From NCBI GenBank assembly GCA_965205975.1, contig OZ242195.1:1248001-1312000 (forward strand): a stretch of DNA of 64,000 nt, written 5' to 3'. The notes beneath the pieces were generated by a model. It did no database searches and had not been told where the DNA came from. It saw only the letters and a list, made by a program, of their open reading frames with translations. Source of the DNA: Candidatus Latescibacterota bacterium. Its GTDB lineage: Bacteria > Latescibacterota > UBA2968. The translations under genes were made by a program, and so were the position numbers. Positions 28,439 through 38,596 of this stretch are shown one piece after another; within the stretch, counting starts at the first letter, position 1; every line of letters begins with the position of its first letter.

Positions 28439-29557
28439 ATGGAAAAGGTGAGAGTTGGTATTATTGGCATTGGTGGAAGAGGGAGTGGTCACGCAAAGTA
28501 TTTTCCGGCAGGCGATATTCCGCATGGGGAGTTGGCGGCGGTCTGCGATATCGATCCGGATAGGATTCAGTGGGCGCGCGACAACCTCGGGGAAAACGTG
28601 CGGACATTTGACAATGGCGACGATCTGATTGCGTCGGGGGCTGTTGATGCGATTATTGTGGCGACGCCGCATTACGATCATCCGACTTATGCTATAAAGG
28701 GATTTGAGAACGATTTGCATGTATTGATCGAGAAACCCGCAGGTGTATATACCAGGCAAGTTTATGAGATGAATGATGCCGCTGAAAAAAGTGGCAAAGT
28801 GTTTGCTCTGATGTTCAATCAGCGAACCCGCCCACACCACCAAAAATTGCGAGAATTGGTGGCTTCTGGCGAATTGGGAGATATTCAGCGCACGAATTAT
28901 CTCGTCACAAGCTGGTTTCGCGCTCAAAGTTATTACGATAAGGGCGAATGGCGCGCGACCTGGTCGGGTGAGGGGGGCGGTGTGTTGATGAATCAGTGTC
29001 CTCATAATTTGGATCTGTGGCAGTGGATTTGCGGGATGCCCTCGCGCGTGCGCGCGTTTATTAGCTATGGCAAATATCACGATATTGAGGTGGATGACGA
29101 TGTCACTGCGTATGTGGAATACGACAGCGGTGCGACGGGGGTGTTCATTACTACAACCGGAGAGTTTCCCGGAAGCAATCGCCTAGAGATAGCGACGGAT
29201 CGCGGCAAGGTGGTTATGGAAAACAACAAAATTGTGTGGTGGCGTTCAAATGTTTCTCTGAGCGAATTTTCTCGGGGATATACGGGCGGCTTTGGCAAAC
29301 CCAGATCGGAAAAACTCGATATTCCTCTCGGCGACGATGGTGGGGCGCACCGCGGCATAATTAACAACTGGTGTGATGCCATATTGAATGGGAGTCCGCT
29401 TCTCGCGCCCGGAGTTGAGGGCATTCGTGGGGTTGAATTGGCGAATGCGATGCTTTTGTCTTCATGGCTGGACGATTGGGTAGATATTCCCGTTGATCGA
29501 GATCTGTATTTTGAAAAATTGCAGGAGAAAATTCAAAATTCGCAACAGGGGACTTAA
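28439..29557 (+). CDS. Gfo/Idh/MocA-family oxidoreductase
   Basis: GIIGIGGRG, ATPHYDH, HVLIEKP, WRATWSGEGGGVLMNQCPHNLD; RBS AGGAGG. Confidence 0.92.
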   Translation: MEKVRVGIIGIGGRGSGHAKYFPAGDIPHGELAAVCDIDPDRIQWARDNLGENVRTFDNGDDLIASGAVDAIIVATPHYDHPTYAIKGFENDLHVLIEKPAGVYTRQVYEMNDAAEKSGKVFALMFNQRTRPHHQKLRELVASGELGDIQRTNYLVTSWFRAQSYYDKGEWRATWSGEGGGVLMNQCPHNLDLWQWICGMPSRVRAFISYGKYHDIEVDDDVTAYVEYDSGATGVFITTTGEFPGSNRLEIATDRGKVVMENNKIVWWRSNVSLSEFSRGYTGGFGKPRSEKLDIPLGDDGGAHRGIINNWCDAILNGSPLLAPGVEGIRGVELANAMLLSSWLDDWVDIPVDRDLYFEKLQEKIQNSQQGT

Positions 29558-29558
29558 A

Positions 29559-30710
29559 ATGGTACCGAGTATTGCGGCATTGGATGAGGCGGCTGAAAAT
29601 CCCGTTCTGGTCTTAGATGGGCTGGATGAACCGGTTGTGATCGAATCCATTCAGTTGCTCAAAGATGAGCGGGAGTATTACGTTCATGTGCGTTCGAAAG
29701 ATGGCGCGGAAGGCCTGGCGTTTACGAATGGACGGGCGCAATATGTGTATCCGATTCTCACGAAGTTGGTAATTCCCTATTTTATTGGCAAAGATGCTCG
29801 CGACCTCGAAGACCATCTGTGGGGTGTGTACCGCCACAGTAGCAATTACAAATTGCAGGGATTGGCTTTCTGGTGTTGTGTGGCTTGGGTCGAGATGGCG
29901 CTGTTGGATTTACTCGGTAGGATTGCGCAAAAATCCATTCCCGAACTCCTGGGCGGTGTCGTGCGCGAGTGGGTTCCATTTTACGTTGCGAGTGGGCGGC
30001 GAGATAGCACACCAGAAGAAGAAGTGGTTTATTTGCAGGGGCTGATCGACGAGACGGGCGCGCCGGCCGTGAAATTTAGAATTGGCGGACGCATGAGCAA
30101 AAATGCGGATGCCATGCCCGGTCGAACACCAAATTTGATCGCGTTGTCTCGCAAGGTGCTCGGGGATGAGATTGATATTCACGCGGATTCCAATAGTTCT
30201 TACGATCCGCCACAGGCGATTGAAGTGGGGCGCATGCTCGAGGATATTGGGGCTGTTTATTTTGAAGAGCCTTGTCCGTTTGATCACCTCGAAGATACAA
30301 AGGTCGTTGCCGATACGCTGGATATTCCCGTTTCTGGGGGCGAACAGGAGTTCAGCGACCGGCGGTTTCGATGGATGATTGCCAATCGCGGCGTGGATAT
30401 TGTACAACCCGACCTGCATTATTACGGGGGGCTTATTCGCTCGACGCGCGTTGCGCGAATGGCCGCTCTGGTCGGAATGCCGACAACTGTTCACATTTCT
30501 GGAGGCTTTGGTTTTATTTATATGCTCCACTTTGCCGCCTGTACGCCAGATATCGGGCGGTATCAGGAATACAAAAGGGGAATCGAGAAATACCGCGAGT
30601 GGTTTGATCCTGCACTCGAGATTCGAGATGGGAAAATGAGTGTTCCCAGGGGACCGGGGTGTGGGATTGTGGATATTCAAGGGATTATTGATGGTGCGGA
30701 TCGCTTATAG
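29559..30710 (+). CDS. Mandelate racemase/muconate lactonizing enzyme family
   Basis: EMALLDLLG, KFR, ADSNSSY, FEEP, GGEQE, DIVQPD, PRGPGCG. Confidence 0.88.
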   Translation: MVPSIAALDEAAENPVLVLDGLDEPVVIESIQLLKDEREYYVHVRSKDGAEGLAFTNGRAQYVYPILTKLVIPYFIGKDARDLEDHLWGVYRHSSNYKLQGLAFWCCVAWVEMALLDLLGRIAQKSIPELLGGVVREWVPFYVASGRRDSTPEEEVVYLQGLIDETGAPAVKFRIGGRMSKNADAMPGRTPNLIALSRKVLGDEIDIHADSNSSYDPPQAIEVGRMLEDIGAVYFEEPCPFDHLEDTKVVADTLDIPVSGGEQEFSDRRFRWMIANRGVDIVQPDLHYYGGLIRSTRVARMAALVGMPTTVHISGGFGFIYMLHFAACTPDIGRYQEYKRGIEKYREWFDPALEIRDGKMSVPRGPGCGIVDIQGIIDGADRL

Positions 30711-30721
30711 GGCATACTAAC

Positions 30722-32062
30722 ATGGAAATGGCACAGCATGGAGGACCGCCGTTGCGCGATGTGGTGGCGGCGAGGCGCGCGCAAAAGGAGACGCGCCGAA
30801 ATAGCTGGTTGCTGGTGATCAATGGCGGTATGGTGATGATGGCCTATACGTTTATCAGCGCAGATCTGGTGATGCCGGCCTTTGTGCAAACGCTGACTAC
30901 GTCCAGTATTCTGGTCGGGATGGCCGGTGCGCTCATGAGAATGGGATGGGCCTGGCCGCAGGTTTTTATCTCTCGGATTATCGAACCCAAACCCCGCAAG
31001 ATGCCCTTGCTGATCTGGGCGGGCCTGGCCCGAAGTGTGATGTGGATTCTGGTGGGCGTAATGACCATTTTTTTAGGCGGGCAAAACCCCGCATTTTTTT
31101 TGTTTTTATTTATGGTGTTTTACGCTTTGGGGACATCGCTGATGGGTGTGATGAATGTGCCGTGGATGGATTTGATGGGCAAGGCGATTCCCGCGTCGCA
31201 TCGGGCAAAAGTTTTTGCTCTGCGCCGATTTTCAGGCGGTATTATGTCCATGGTCGCGGGCGTTCTGATTTCCTATATCCTGAGTACGCAGAGCGGTCTC
31301 TCGTTTCCGAATAATTACGCGGTGTTGTTTATGCTCTCGGGTTCGGGCACTGCGCTGGCTGTATTGACATTTGGCATGATCCGGGAACCTATTGAAAAAA
31401 GCACGCGCGCACAGCTTTCTCTGAAGAATTATTTGATCAGTGGCTTGAGTCTGATGAAAGATGATGTGAATTTCAGGCGTTTGTGCATGGTGCAATTTTT
31501 GTGGGGCTTTAGTATGATGGGCGGGCCGTTTTACGTGCCTTATGCGATTTCTGGGTTGGGTATTGGAGCCGTTTATATTGGGTTTTATGTGATTGCGATG
31601 CAGTTTAGCTCGGTTTTTTCAAATGTGGCGTGGGCATGGGTGGGGCGTTACAAGGGCAATCAGGCGTTGTTTTTATATGGGACCTGCTTGCTCGCGTTGT
31701 CTATTCTGATTCCGATATGTATCGTGTATGTGCCCAATCACCTCCTCAATTTCTGGGGCACAGAGGTGGATTTAAGAGTTGTTGTGTATGCGTTTACGTT
31801 CATTTTTTCAGGCGCAGCGCAAAGCGGCATGTATTCGGGACGCATGACGTATGTTCTCGACATCGCACCTGCTGACCGACGGCCTACCTATACCAGCTTT
31901 ATGAATATGTTTATGTTTCCACAGGGGTTATTGCCCATGCTGGCCGGGGTGCTGGTCGCGTGGATTTCCTATCAGAATTTGTTTCGCATTTCCCTGTTGT
32001 TCATTCCATTTGCCGCAATGCTCGCCTATCAGTTAAAACCCGTTATTCATCGCGAGGAATGA
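30722..32062 (+). CDS. MFS transporter
   Basis: About 12 TM helices; PWMDLMGKAIP..RAK.F, IREP, RRPTY. Confidence 0.85.
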   Translation: MEMAQHGGPPLRDVVAARRAQKETRRNSWLLVINGGMVMMAYTFISADLVMPAFVQTLTTSSILVGMAGALMRMGWAWPQVFISRIIEPKPRKMPLLIWAGLARSVMWILVGVMTIFLGGQNPAFFLFLFMVFYALGTSLMGVMNVPWMDLMGKAIPASHRAKVFALRRFSGGIMSMVAGVLISYILSTQSGLSFPNNYAVLFMLSGSGTALAVLTFGMIREPIEKSTRAQLSLKNYLISGLSLMKDDVNFRRLCMVQFLWGFSMMGGPFYVPYAISGLGIGAVYIGFYVIAMQFSSVFSNVAWAWVGRYKGNQALFLYGTCLLALSILIPICIVYVPNHLLNFWGTEVDLRVVVYAFTFIFSGAAQSGMYSGRMTYVLDIAPADRRPTYTSFMNMFMFPQGLLPMLAGVLVAWISYQNLFRISLLFIPFAAMLAYQLKPVIHREE

Positions 32063-33426
32063 ATTTCCTCAACGAGGTCTTCTGCCGGATAGGTGAGTAT
32101 TTCCGATAGTGTGGGGTGGTAATGCGGAATATTCAGGAGGTCTTGTACTGTGCCGCGAAAGTGCATGATGGCGATGAGTTCGTGAAAAAGTTCGCCAGCT
32201 TCTGGACCGACGATATGCCCACCGATGATTTCGCCAGTTTTGGGATGGCAGAGGATTTTGACAAATCCATGAAGTTCCCCCAGGACCATGGATTTGCCGT
32301 GGTCGTCAAAGGGATAGGACGCAACGCGATAGGGGATGTTTTGCTCGCGACATTCTTTTTCGGTGAGGCCCACAGACGCAAATTGCGGATCGGTGAAGAT
32401 CACTTCGGCCTTGAGCCTGTAGTCGATGCGCTGCTTTTGGTTTCCATCAACGGCGTTGTGACCGGCTATCTCGCCTTGCTGAACGGCGATGTGTACAATT
32501 TCGTAGAGTCCTGTGCAATCGCCTGCGGCATAAATATTGGGCGCGCTGGTACGCATGTGACGATCCACGAGAATGCGTCCGCGCTCGACGCGTACACCGG
32601 CATTTTCAAGCGCAAGCGGTTGGATATCGGGCACGCGCCCCAAAGCATGGAGGATTATATCTGCTGACGCGCGACGGGGTTTGCCCTCGTGGTGGAAGTG
32701 GGCGATTTTGGCATTGTTTTTGGTCGTAAATTTTTGCAATTGCGTGTCGGTAAAGACTTTCATGCCTTCTTCTCTGAAGCGTGCTTCTACCGGACGTGCA
32801 AGGTCTTCGTCTGTGCTGCTGAAGATGTGATGGCTGCGTTGAATGAGTGTGGTGTGCGTTCCCAGGCGGCAAAAGAATTGTGCAAATTCCGTTGCGACAG
32901 GTCCGCCGCCTAAGACGATCATCGATTCTGGCAATTCCCGCAGTTCAAGTGCTTCATCGCTGGTGATATAGCCCACTTCTTTTAAGCCCGGAATGGCGAT
33001 GTCGGCAACTGTTGATCCCGTGCTGAGGATAAAACTTCGCGCAGTGATATTTTGTTTTTCCACTGCGATGGTGTTGCGATTGACAAACTGCGCCGTGCCG
33101 TTGATGAGGGTGAATCGCGGATTGCGCAGTTGCTCGATGCGATAATCTGCAAATTCACTGACGAGTGCGCGTTTACGGTCGTTGATTTCGTCGAGATTTG
33201 CGTGCAAATTAGAAGCACGCAGGCCAAATTCTTTTGCGCGGCGCATCAAGGACATGATTTCGGATGAGCGCAGAATGGTTTTGGTGGGCATGCAGCCGCG
33301 CAAGATGCACAGACCACCAAGAGGCCCTTTGTCTATAATGGCAACTTTGGCACCGAGTTCCTGTGCCGTGCGTGCGGCGGCGTATCCCGCACTCCCGCCG
33401 CCGATGACGATGACGTCGTAATCCAT
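32047..33426 (-). CDS. Class I pyridine nucleotide-disulfide oxidoreductase (dihydrolipoamide dehydrogenase/MerA-like)
   Basis: GGGSAG, redox CxxxxC GGLCILRGCMPTK, IYAAGD, HPTLSE; lacks the MerA C-terminal Cys-Cys. Confidence 0.9.
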   Translation of the reverse strand: MDYDVIVIGGGSAGYAAARTAQELGAKVAIIDKGPLGGLCILRGCMPTKTILRSSEIMSLMRRAKEFGLRASNLHANLDEINDRKRALVSEFADYRIEQLRNPRFTLINGTAQFVNRNTIAVEKQNITARSFILSTGSTVADIAIPGLKEVGYITSDEALELRELPESMIVLGGGPVATEFAQFFCRLGTHTTLIQRSHHIFSSTDEDLARPVEARFREEGMKVFTDTQLQKFTTKNNAKIAHFHHEGKPRRASADIILHALGRVPDIQPLALENAGVRVERGRILVDRHMRTSAPNIYAAGDCTGLYEIVHIAVQQGEIAGHNAVDGNQKQRIDYRLKAEVIFTDPQFASVGLTEKECREQNIPYRVASYPFDDHGKSMVLGELHGFVKILCHPKTGEIIGGHIVGPEAGELFHELIAIMHFRGTVQDLLNIPHYHPTLSEILTYPAEDLVEEIHSSR

Positions 33427-33450
33427 GGTGATTTCCTTAATGCATTAGAG

Positions 33451-33476
33451 GTAGGGGCGAGGCATGCCTCGCCCGT
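33451..33476 (+). repeat. GTAG-type REP palindrome
   Basis: GTAG followed by the perfect 20-bp palindrome GGGCGAGGCATGCCTCGCCC. Confidence 0.75.
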
Positions 33477-33509
33477 GTTAAGATACAAGAAGTAAGACAG
33501 GTCGGTTAT

Positions 33510-33666
33510 ACTGATGTTACGCATCTGCACAATATAATGGGCCTGTCATTTTGAGCGGAGCGCAGCGGAGTCGAAAAATCTACGACCAGCCCAGGTGGAA
33601 CAGATGCTTCGGCTTCGTTCCACTCCGCTCAGCATGACACAAACATCAGATCTGTGTAATGTCAGT
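33510..33666. mobile_element. MITE-like non-autonomous element containing a nested long palindrome (33544-33639)
   Basis: Outer inverted repeats ACTGATGTTACGCA / TGTGTAATGTCAGT; inner TGTCATTTTGAGCGGAG...CTCCGCTCAGCATGACA. Confidence 0.55.
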
Positions 33667-33723
33667 GATTAACTGACAACTTAAAATGTCTCTTTAATTT
33701 GAGCAAGGAATTTGGAGGTTTTT

Positions 33724-34800
33724 ATGCATGAACTCGTGAATGGTATTGTGCCGACAGAGGCGGGAGAACAGGAGCGATTGATTCAGGTTCGCGATTTGAG
33801 AGAGACGGCGCAACGGCTTTATGAAGCGGTTGGTGTGCCGAGGGCAGATGCGCGGCTGATGTCCGATTTGCAAGTTGAGACAGATGTGCGCGGGGTTCAT
33901 TCGCACGGTACGCGGGCTTTGCCAAACTACTTAAAGCGCATTCAAACTGGTCACACAAATCCAAAACCCGAAATTCGCGTTGTTCGCGAAGGACCCGCGT
34001 CGGCAACGGTAGATGGCGATGGGGGGTTGGGGCATCTGGCGTCTTATCGGGCGATGCAACTGGCAATTGCAAAAGCAGATAAACTGGGGATTGCTGCGAC
34101 AACGGTTATAAATAGCCGTCACTACGGCGCAGCGGCCTGTTATGCAACGATGGCATTGGACTGGGATATGATCGGTTTTTGCGTTTCGAGTAGCAGTCGG
34201 GGGGTGGCACCTTACGGGGGGATTGATCGGTTGTTGGGCAATCACGCGCTGGCTTATGCGATTCCGGCGGGTCGAGAATATCCCATTGTTCTGGATATGG
34301 CAACGGGACGGTCCGCCTGGGGGCGAGTGGGCACTATGCGTTTGTACGGACGGAAATTAGACGGCGAATGGGTCTTAGATGAGGATGGGCAGGTAACAGA
34401 TGATCCGGCGCGCGCGCATGCGCTGGTAGCCCCCGGTGGCGCGAAGGGGTCTGGGCTAAATGTGGTGATGGATGTTTTGAGCGGTATTCTGCCTTTTGGC
34501 CTGGCAACGGTGAATCGGGAAGATGAATATCAAGGTCAGCGGCGGGCCAGTCACTTTTTTCAGGCGACCAAAATCGAGACATTTTGCGATGTGTCAGATT
34601 TCAAACGGGAAGTTGATCGGATGATTCAGACGATTCGGGCTTCTCGCCCCAAAGAAGGTGTGGATCGCGTTTACGTGCCCGGTGAGATTGAGTGGCTTAA
34701 AAAGGGGGCCTGGGAAAAAACGGGGATTCCACTGCATAAAACCCATGTGGAAAGTCTGGAAAAAGCGGCTGAGGAATTGGGTGTAGAGGTGGCGTTTTAA
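33724..34800 (+). CDS. Ldh_2-family oxidoreductase (malate/L-lactate/ureidoglycolate dehydrogenase type)
   Basis: DVRGVHSHG, VDGDGGLGH, NSRHYGA, LDMAT, GAKGSGL, VYVPGEIE. Confidence 0.9.
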   Translation: MHELVNGIVPTEAGEQERLIQVRDLRETAQRLYEAVGVPRADARLMSDLQVETDVRGVHSHGTRALPNYLKRIQTGHTNPKPEIRVVREGPASATVDGDGGLGHLASYRAMQLAIAKADKLGIAATTVINSRHYGAAACYATMALDWDMIGFCVSSSSRGVAPYGGIDRLLGNHALAYAIPAGREYPIVLDMATGRSAWGRVGTMRLYGRKLDGEWVLDEDGQVTDDPARAHALVAPGGAKGSGLNVVMDVLSGILPFGLATVNREDEYQGQRRASHFFQATKIETFCDVSDFKREVDRMIQTIRASRPKEGVDRVYVPGEIEWLKKGAWEKTGIPLHKTHVESLEKAAEELGVEVAF

Positions 34801-34823
34801 TAGAGGAAGTCCGAGATTTTCAG

Positions 34824-35882
34824 ATGAAAGAGAATAATAAACCACTGGTCTCAATTATCATTCCCCATTATTTGGGGGATATTCTTTCCAAGTGTCTGGC
34901 ATTTGTCTATGCGCGGACATCGGATGTTCCCTTTGAAGTTATTGTGGCAGATGACCAGCCTTATCCCGACGGCAGCCTGGATCGGGCATTGGAGAAGTTT
35001 CCGGCTATTCGCATTGTGAAGACAGGTGGAGGAAATGGGAAGCCGAGCAAGGGGATGGGTGCCGGGTGCAACCGGGGATTGGAGGTTGCAAAGGGGACGT
35101 ATGCGATGTTGTTGAATTCGGATGTGGAGGTGGGCGAAGGGTGGTTGCCGCCGCTGATTGATACGCTGAAATCCGATCCTACAATTGGGGCGTGTCAGTC
35201 CAGGGTGCGGTCGTTGCAAAATCGCAAAATGTTTGATTATGGCGGGGCTGCAGGCGGGCTGATGGACAGATGGGGATTTACGTTTTGTCAGGGCAGGATA
35301 TTTGAGTTTGTCGAAGAAGATGTGGGGCAATACAATCATCCTCGCGATATTTTTTGGGCTATTGGGGGGGCTATGTTTTTGCGTATGGATTGCCTCGAAA
35401 AAACAGGACTGATCGATGAGGGCTTTGTAATGCATATGGAAGAGATCGATTTGTCCTGGCGGTTTCACCTTGCGGGATATCGCATCGTATATGTGCCCGG
35501 TTCTCTCGTATATCACTACGGCGGTTTTACGCTGGGTGCAGAGAGTTATAAGAAAGCCTATTTTAATCACCGCAATCAGCTCGTGATGTTGTTGAAAAAT
35601 TTTTCCCTTTCGCGACTATTGTATAAATTCCCGATTCGAGTCGCTATGGAACTGGCTAATTTGGGATTGCTGCTAAAGGGCAATTGGAAACATCCCGTTG
35701 CGGCGATAGCTGGGCTTTTATGGGTGCTGCTGCATCCGTGCAATATTTGGCGGCGACGGCGAGAATCACAGCGGTTCAGAAGTGTGGGAGATGGCGAGAT
35801 TGAACGTCGTCTTTTCAAGGGATCAGTAGTTTATCACTATTTTATTCGCGGTGTCAAAACGGTGCGTGAGATAGGAGCGTAA
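34824..35882 (+). CDS. Glycosyltransferase family 2
   Basis: VSIIIP, GCNRG, LLNSD, HMEEIDLSWR, VYH.GG. Confidence 0.9.
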   Translation: MKENNKPLVSIIIPHYLGDILSKCLAFVYARTSDVPFEVIVADDQPYPDGSLDRALEKFPAIRIVKTGGGNGKPSKGMGAGCNRGLEVAKGTYAMLLNSDVEVGEGWLPPLIDTLKSDPTIGACQSRVRSLQNRKMFDYGGAAGGLMDRWGFTFCQGRIFEFVEEDVGQYNHPRDIFWAIGGAMFLRMDCLEKTGLIDEGFVMHMEEIDLSWRFHLAGYRIVYVPGSLVYHYGGFTLGAESYKKAYFNHRNQLVMLLKNFSLSRLLYKFPIRVAMELANLGLLLKGNWKHPVAAIAGLLWVLLHPCNIWRRRRESQRFRSVGDGEIERRLFKGSVVYHYFIRGVKTVREIGA

Positions 35883-35883
35883 A

Positions 35884-37062
35884 ATGAAAGCGATTGGTCT
35901 CATGTCTGGAACTTCTGCCGATGGGGTGGATGCCGCGCTTGTGGAAATTGACGACTCCGATCTGTCTCTGCTCGGATATGTCGAGGTGCCTTTTCCCAAA
36001 GATGTCAGAAGGGCGATTTTGTCGCTTTGTGAAGATGGGAGGGTCGATGCAATATGCCGCATGGATGCCGCGCTTGGAGAGTGGTTTGCAGAGGCTGCAC
36101 TGCGCGTGTGCGCAAAAGCTAATGTCAGCGCTGGTGAAATCGATGTAATTGGATCGCACGGGCAGACGATTCATCATTTGCCCGCGCTTGCCGTAGTTGC
36201 CGACAAAAAGGTGAGATCAACGCTGCAAATTGGCAATCCCGCGGTGATTGCAGAACGCACGGGAATCACGACGGTATCGGATTTTCGGTCGCGGGATATG
36301 GCTGCGGGCGGACAGGGAGCACCTCTTGTCCCGCTGGTGGATTATCTGTTGTTTCGGTCTGAATACGCGGGACGCGCAATGCTCAATATCGGTGGTATTG
36401 CCAATGTGAATATATTGCCCACAAACTGTGGCGTGTCAGACATTTTCGCATTTGATACGGGACCTGGCAATATGATCATTGATGGGGTTGTGCAGGCGAT
36501 TACGCGAGGCAAACTGAGTTTCGATCGGGATGGGGCGTTTGCTGGCAAAGGCCAGGTGTGTGAGGATCTGTTGGATGTGCTTATGGCGCATCCTTTTTTT
36601 GATATGGAGCCACCCAAGACAACGGGGCGCGAGGATTTTGGGACCGATATTGTCCAAAAAATTCTCGATTGGGAGGGAAAAGAAGAGGACCTCGTGCATA
36701 CGGCAGTGCAGTTCACGGTGGAAAGTATTATGCATGGGCTAAAACGATTTGTTTTCCCCAGATGTGAAATTCACGAGGTGATTGCAAGTGGAGGCGGCAC
36801 CAGGAATCCGGTTATGATGGATCTTTTGGATCGGGCATTGGGAGATATTGCATTCAAGCGATTGGATGATCTGGGAATAGCATCAGAAGCAAAAGAGGCC
36901 ATTGCGTTTGCGATTCTTGCCTATCAGACTATGAATGGGCACCCCGGCAATGTGCCGAGTGTAACCGGCGCCGATAAACAGGTTGTGTTAGGCTCTATTA
37001 CACCGGGCAATAGGGATGCCCGACTACCCAATCCAGAGTTGTTGGGAACATTATCGCATTGA
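35884..37062 (+). CDS. anmK: Anhydro-N-acetylmuramic acid kinase
   Basis: IGLMSGTSADGVD, GSHGQT, DFRSRDMAAGGQGAPLVP, NIGGIAN, FDTGPGN, PPKTTGRE, KEAIAFA. Confidence 0.96.
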   Translation: MKAIGLMSGTSADGVDAALVEIDDSDLSLLGYVEVPFPKDVRRAILSLCEDGRVDAICRMDAALGEWFAEAALRVCAKANVSAGEIDVIGSHGQTIHHLPALAVVADKKVRSTLQIGNPAVIAERTGITTVSDFRSRDMAAGGQGAPLVPLVDYLLFRSEYAGRAMLNIGGIANVNILPTNCGVSDIFAFDTGPGNMIIDGVVQAITRGKLSFDRDGAFAGKGQVCEDLLDVLMAHPFFDMEPPKTTGREDFGTDIVQKILDWEGKEEDLVHTAVQFTVESIMHGLKRFVFPRCEIHEVIASGGGTRNPVMMDLLDRALGDIAFKRLDDLGIASEAKEAIAFAILAYQTMNGHPGNVPSVTGADKQVVLGSITPGNRDARLPNPELLGTLSH

Positions 37063-37138
37063 TGATACTGGCGCGGTTGTACACCGTTGCGTATATTTCT
37101 TTTTCTGATGTCGGTTTGGATGATTCGAGGAAAAGGCC

Positions 37139-37963
37139 ATGTTTTTTGACATCTTACTCATTGCAACAGGCGGGGCGTACATCGTCAGTGCGCTGGGTTA
37201 TGCTTTGCATTTTCACCAGCCCAGAGCACACTGGCGCGTTTTCGGCACCTGGGGAATATGGGGTGCCTGGTGTATGCACACTGTGCTTTTGATCGTTATT
37301 ACAATTTCTGCTGGCGAGGTGCCTTTGACCAGTCAGGTATTGCCATCGCTTTGTGCATGGCTGGTCGCTGTTGTTTATATTTATCTGGAAGTGAGTACTC
37401 AAGATCGGTCTTTGGGCGTGCTCATTGTACCTATTGTGGTGGTTTTGCACGTTTTGACACTTACAAAATTATCGGGTATTGAGGATATTCAGGTCACGGG
37501 ATATAGCGGCGGGTGGTTTGAACTGCATGTGCTGGCTTATGGCCTTGCATACACAGCATTTGCGATTTCCGCTGTTGGGGGTGTGATGTATCTGATGCTT
37601 TTGGGCGAAATTCAGGCTAAGCATTTAGGTTTTTTTTATTCTCGCCTGCCTTCACTCGAAGTGTTGAATCAGATTACTAACCGCGCTGCCACTTTTGGAT
37701 TTGTCTTTTTAACGGGTGGAACCATTGCCAGTTCGGTGTGGGCATTTCAACATCTTTCGCAGTTTTCTATATGGCGCGAGCCAGTATTTTTGCCTGTTTT
37801 GATTGCGTGGGTCATCTATGCGGGCAATCTCGCTGCGCGGTGGTGGGGTGGCTGGCAGGGCAAACGGGCGGCATTTCTGTCTATTATGGGTTTTGTTCTC
37901 GTGATTCTGGCATTTCCCGTGATGGGCGTTCTGTTTTCTGGTCCCCACAATTTAGGGCCTTAA
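37139..37963 (+). CDS. ccsA: Cytochrome c assembly-family membrane protein (CcsA/HemX type)
   Basis: About 8 TM helices; conserved His (ELHVL), RLPSLEVL, W..YA, GWQGKRAA; directly upstream of hem genes. Confidence 0.75.
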   Translation: MFFDILLIATGGAYIVSALGYALHFHQPRAHWRVFGTWGIWGAWCMHTVLLIVITISAGEVPLTSQVLPSLCAWLVAVVYIYLEVSTQDRSLGVLIVPIVVVLHVLTLTKLSGIEDIQVTGYSGGWFELHVLAYGLAYTAFAISAVGGVMYLMLLGEIQAKHLGFFYSRLPSLEVLNQITNRAATFGFVFLTGGTIASSVWAFQHLSQFSIWREPVFLPVLIAWVIYAGNLAARWWGGWQGKRAAFLSIMGFVLVILAFPVMGVLFSGPHNLGP

Positions 37964-37966
37964 GCC

Positions 37967-38596
37967 ATGCGCTATCCCGTGTTTTTAAAATTGGAAGATA
38001 AATTGTGTGTTGTGGTTGGAGCCGGCCGCGTTGCCGAACGCAGAGTGCGCGGGCTGTGTGATGCGAGTGCGCGGGTTCGAGTTGTGGGTATAATCGCAAC
38101 TGAAGGTATTTTGAAATTGGCCGATGAAGGCGCGATCCATCTCTATCAACGGGCATTTGAACCGAGCGATTTGGATGGTAGCACGCTCGCGATTGCCGCT
38201 ACTGATCGTGCAGGTGTCAATCGAGCGGTACAGACGGCTGCGAAATGCCGAGGGATTTTGTTTTGCGGTGCAGATCGACATACAGATAGCGATTTTATTG
38301 TGCCTGCAGTTGTGCAGCGTGGCGATTTACAGATGGCGATTTCTACCGGGGGCAAAAGTCCTGCTTACGCCAGGCTGTTGCGCCGGGAAATTGAGGCTTT
38401 TTTGGAAGATGGACACGTGGGATTACTGGATTTGATAGCGGATTTAAGGCATAGGGTTTATGCGCGTTTTCCCAACGCACCAGAACGCAGGCAAGCGTTC
38501 TGGCAACAGTTGGTGACAGATGATACGCTTGCTCTGGCGCGCAAGGGCAAGTGGGCTGAAATTGAGGAGCGGATTGAAGTATGTCTCTCGTCGTGA
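37967..38596 (+). CDS. Precorrin-2 dehydrogenase/sirohydrochlorin ferrochelatase (SirC/CysG N-terminal type)
   Basis: YPVFLKL, VVGAGRVAERR, IAATD, DFIVPA, ISTGGKSP. Confidence 0.9.
   Translation: MRYPVFLKLEDKLCVVVGAGRVAERRVRGLCDASARVRVVGIIATEGILKLADEGAIHLYQRAFEPSDLDGSTLAIAATDRAGVNRAVQTAAKCRGILFCGADRHTDSDFIVPAVVQRGDLQMAISTGGKSPAYARLLRREIEAFLEDGHVGLLDLIADLRHRVYARFPNAPERRQAFWQQLVTDDTLALARKGKWAEIEERIEVCLSS

Noticed and set aside
32047..33426. Mercuric reductase merA
   Set aside because: No C-terminal Cys-Cys pair, ends with the HPTLSE motif, and no mer genes nearby.
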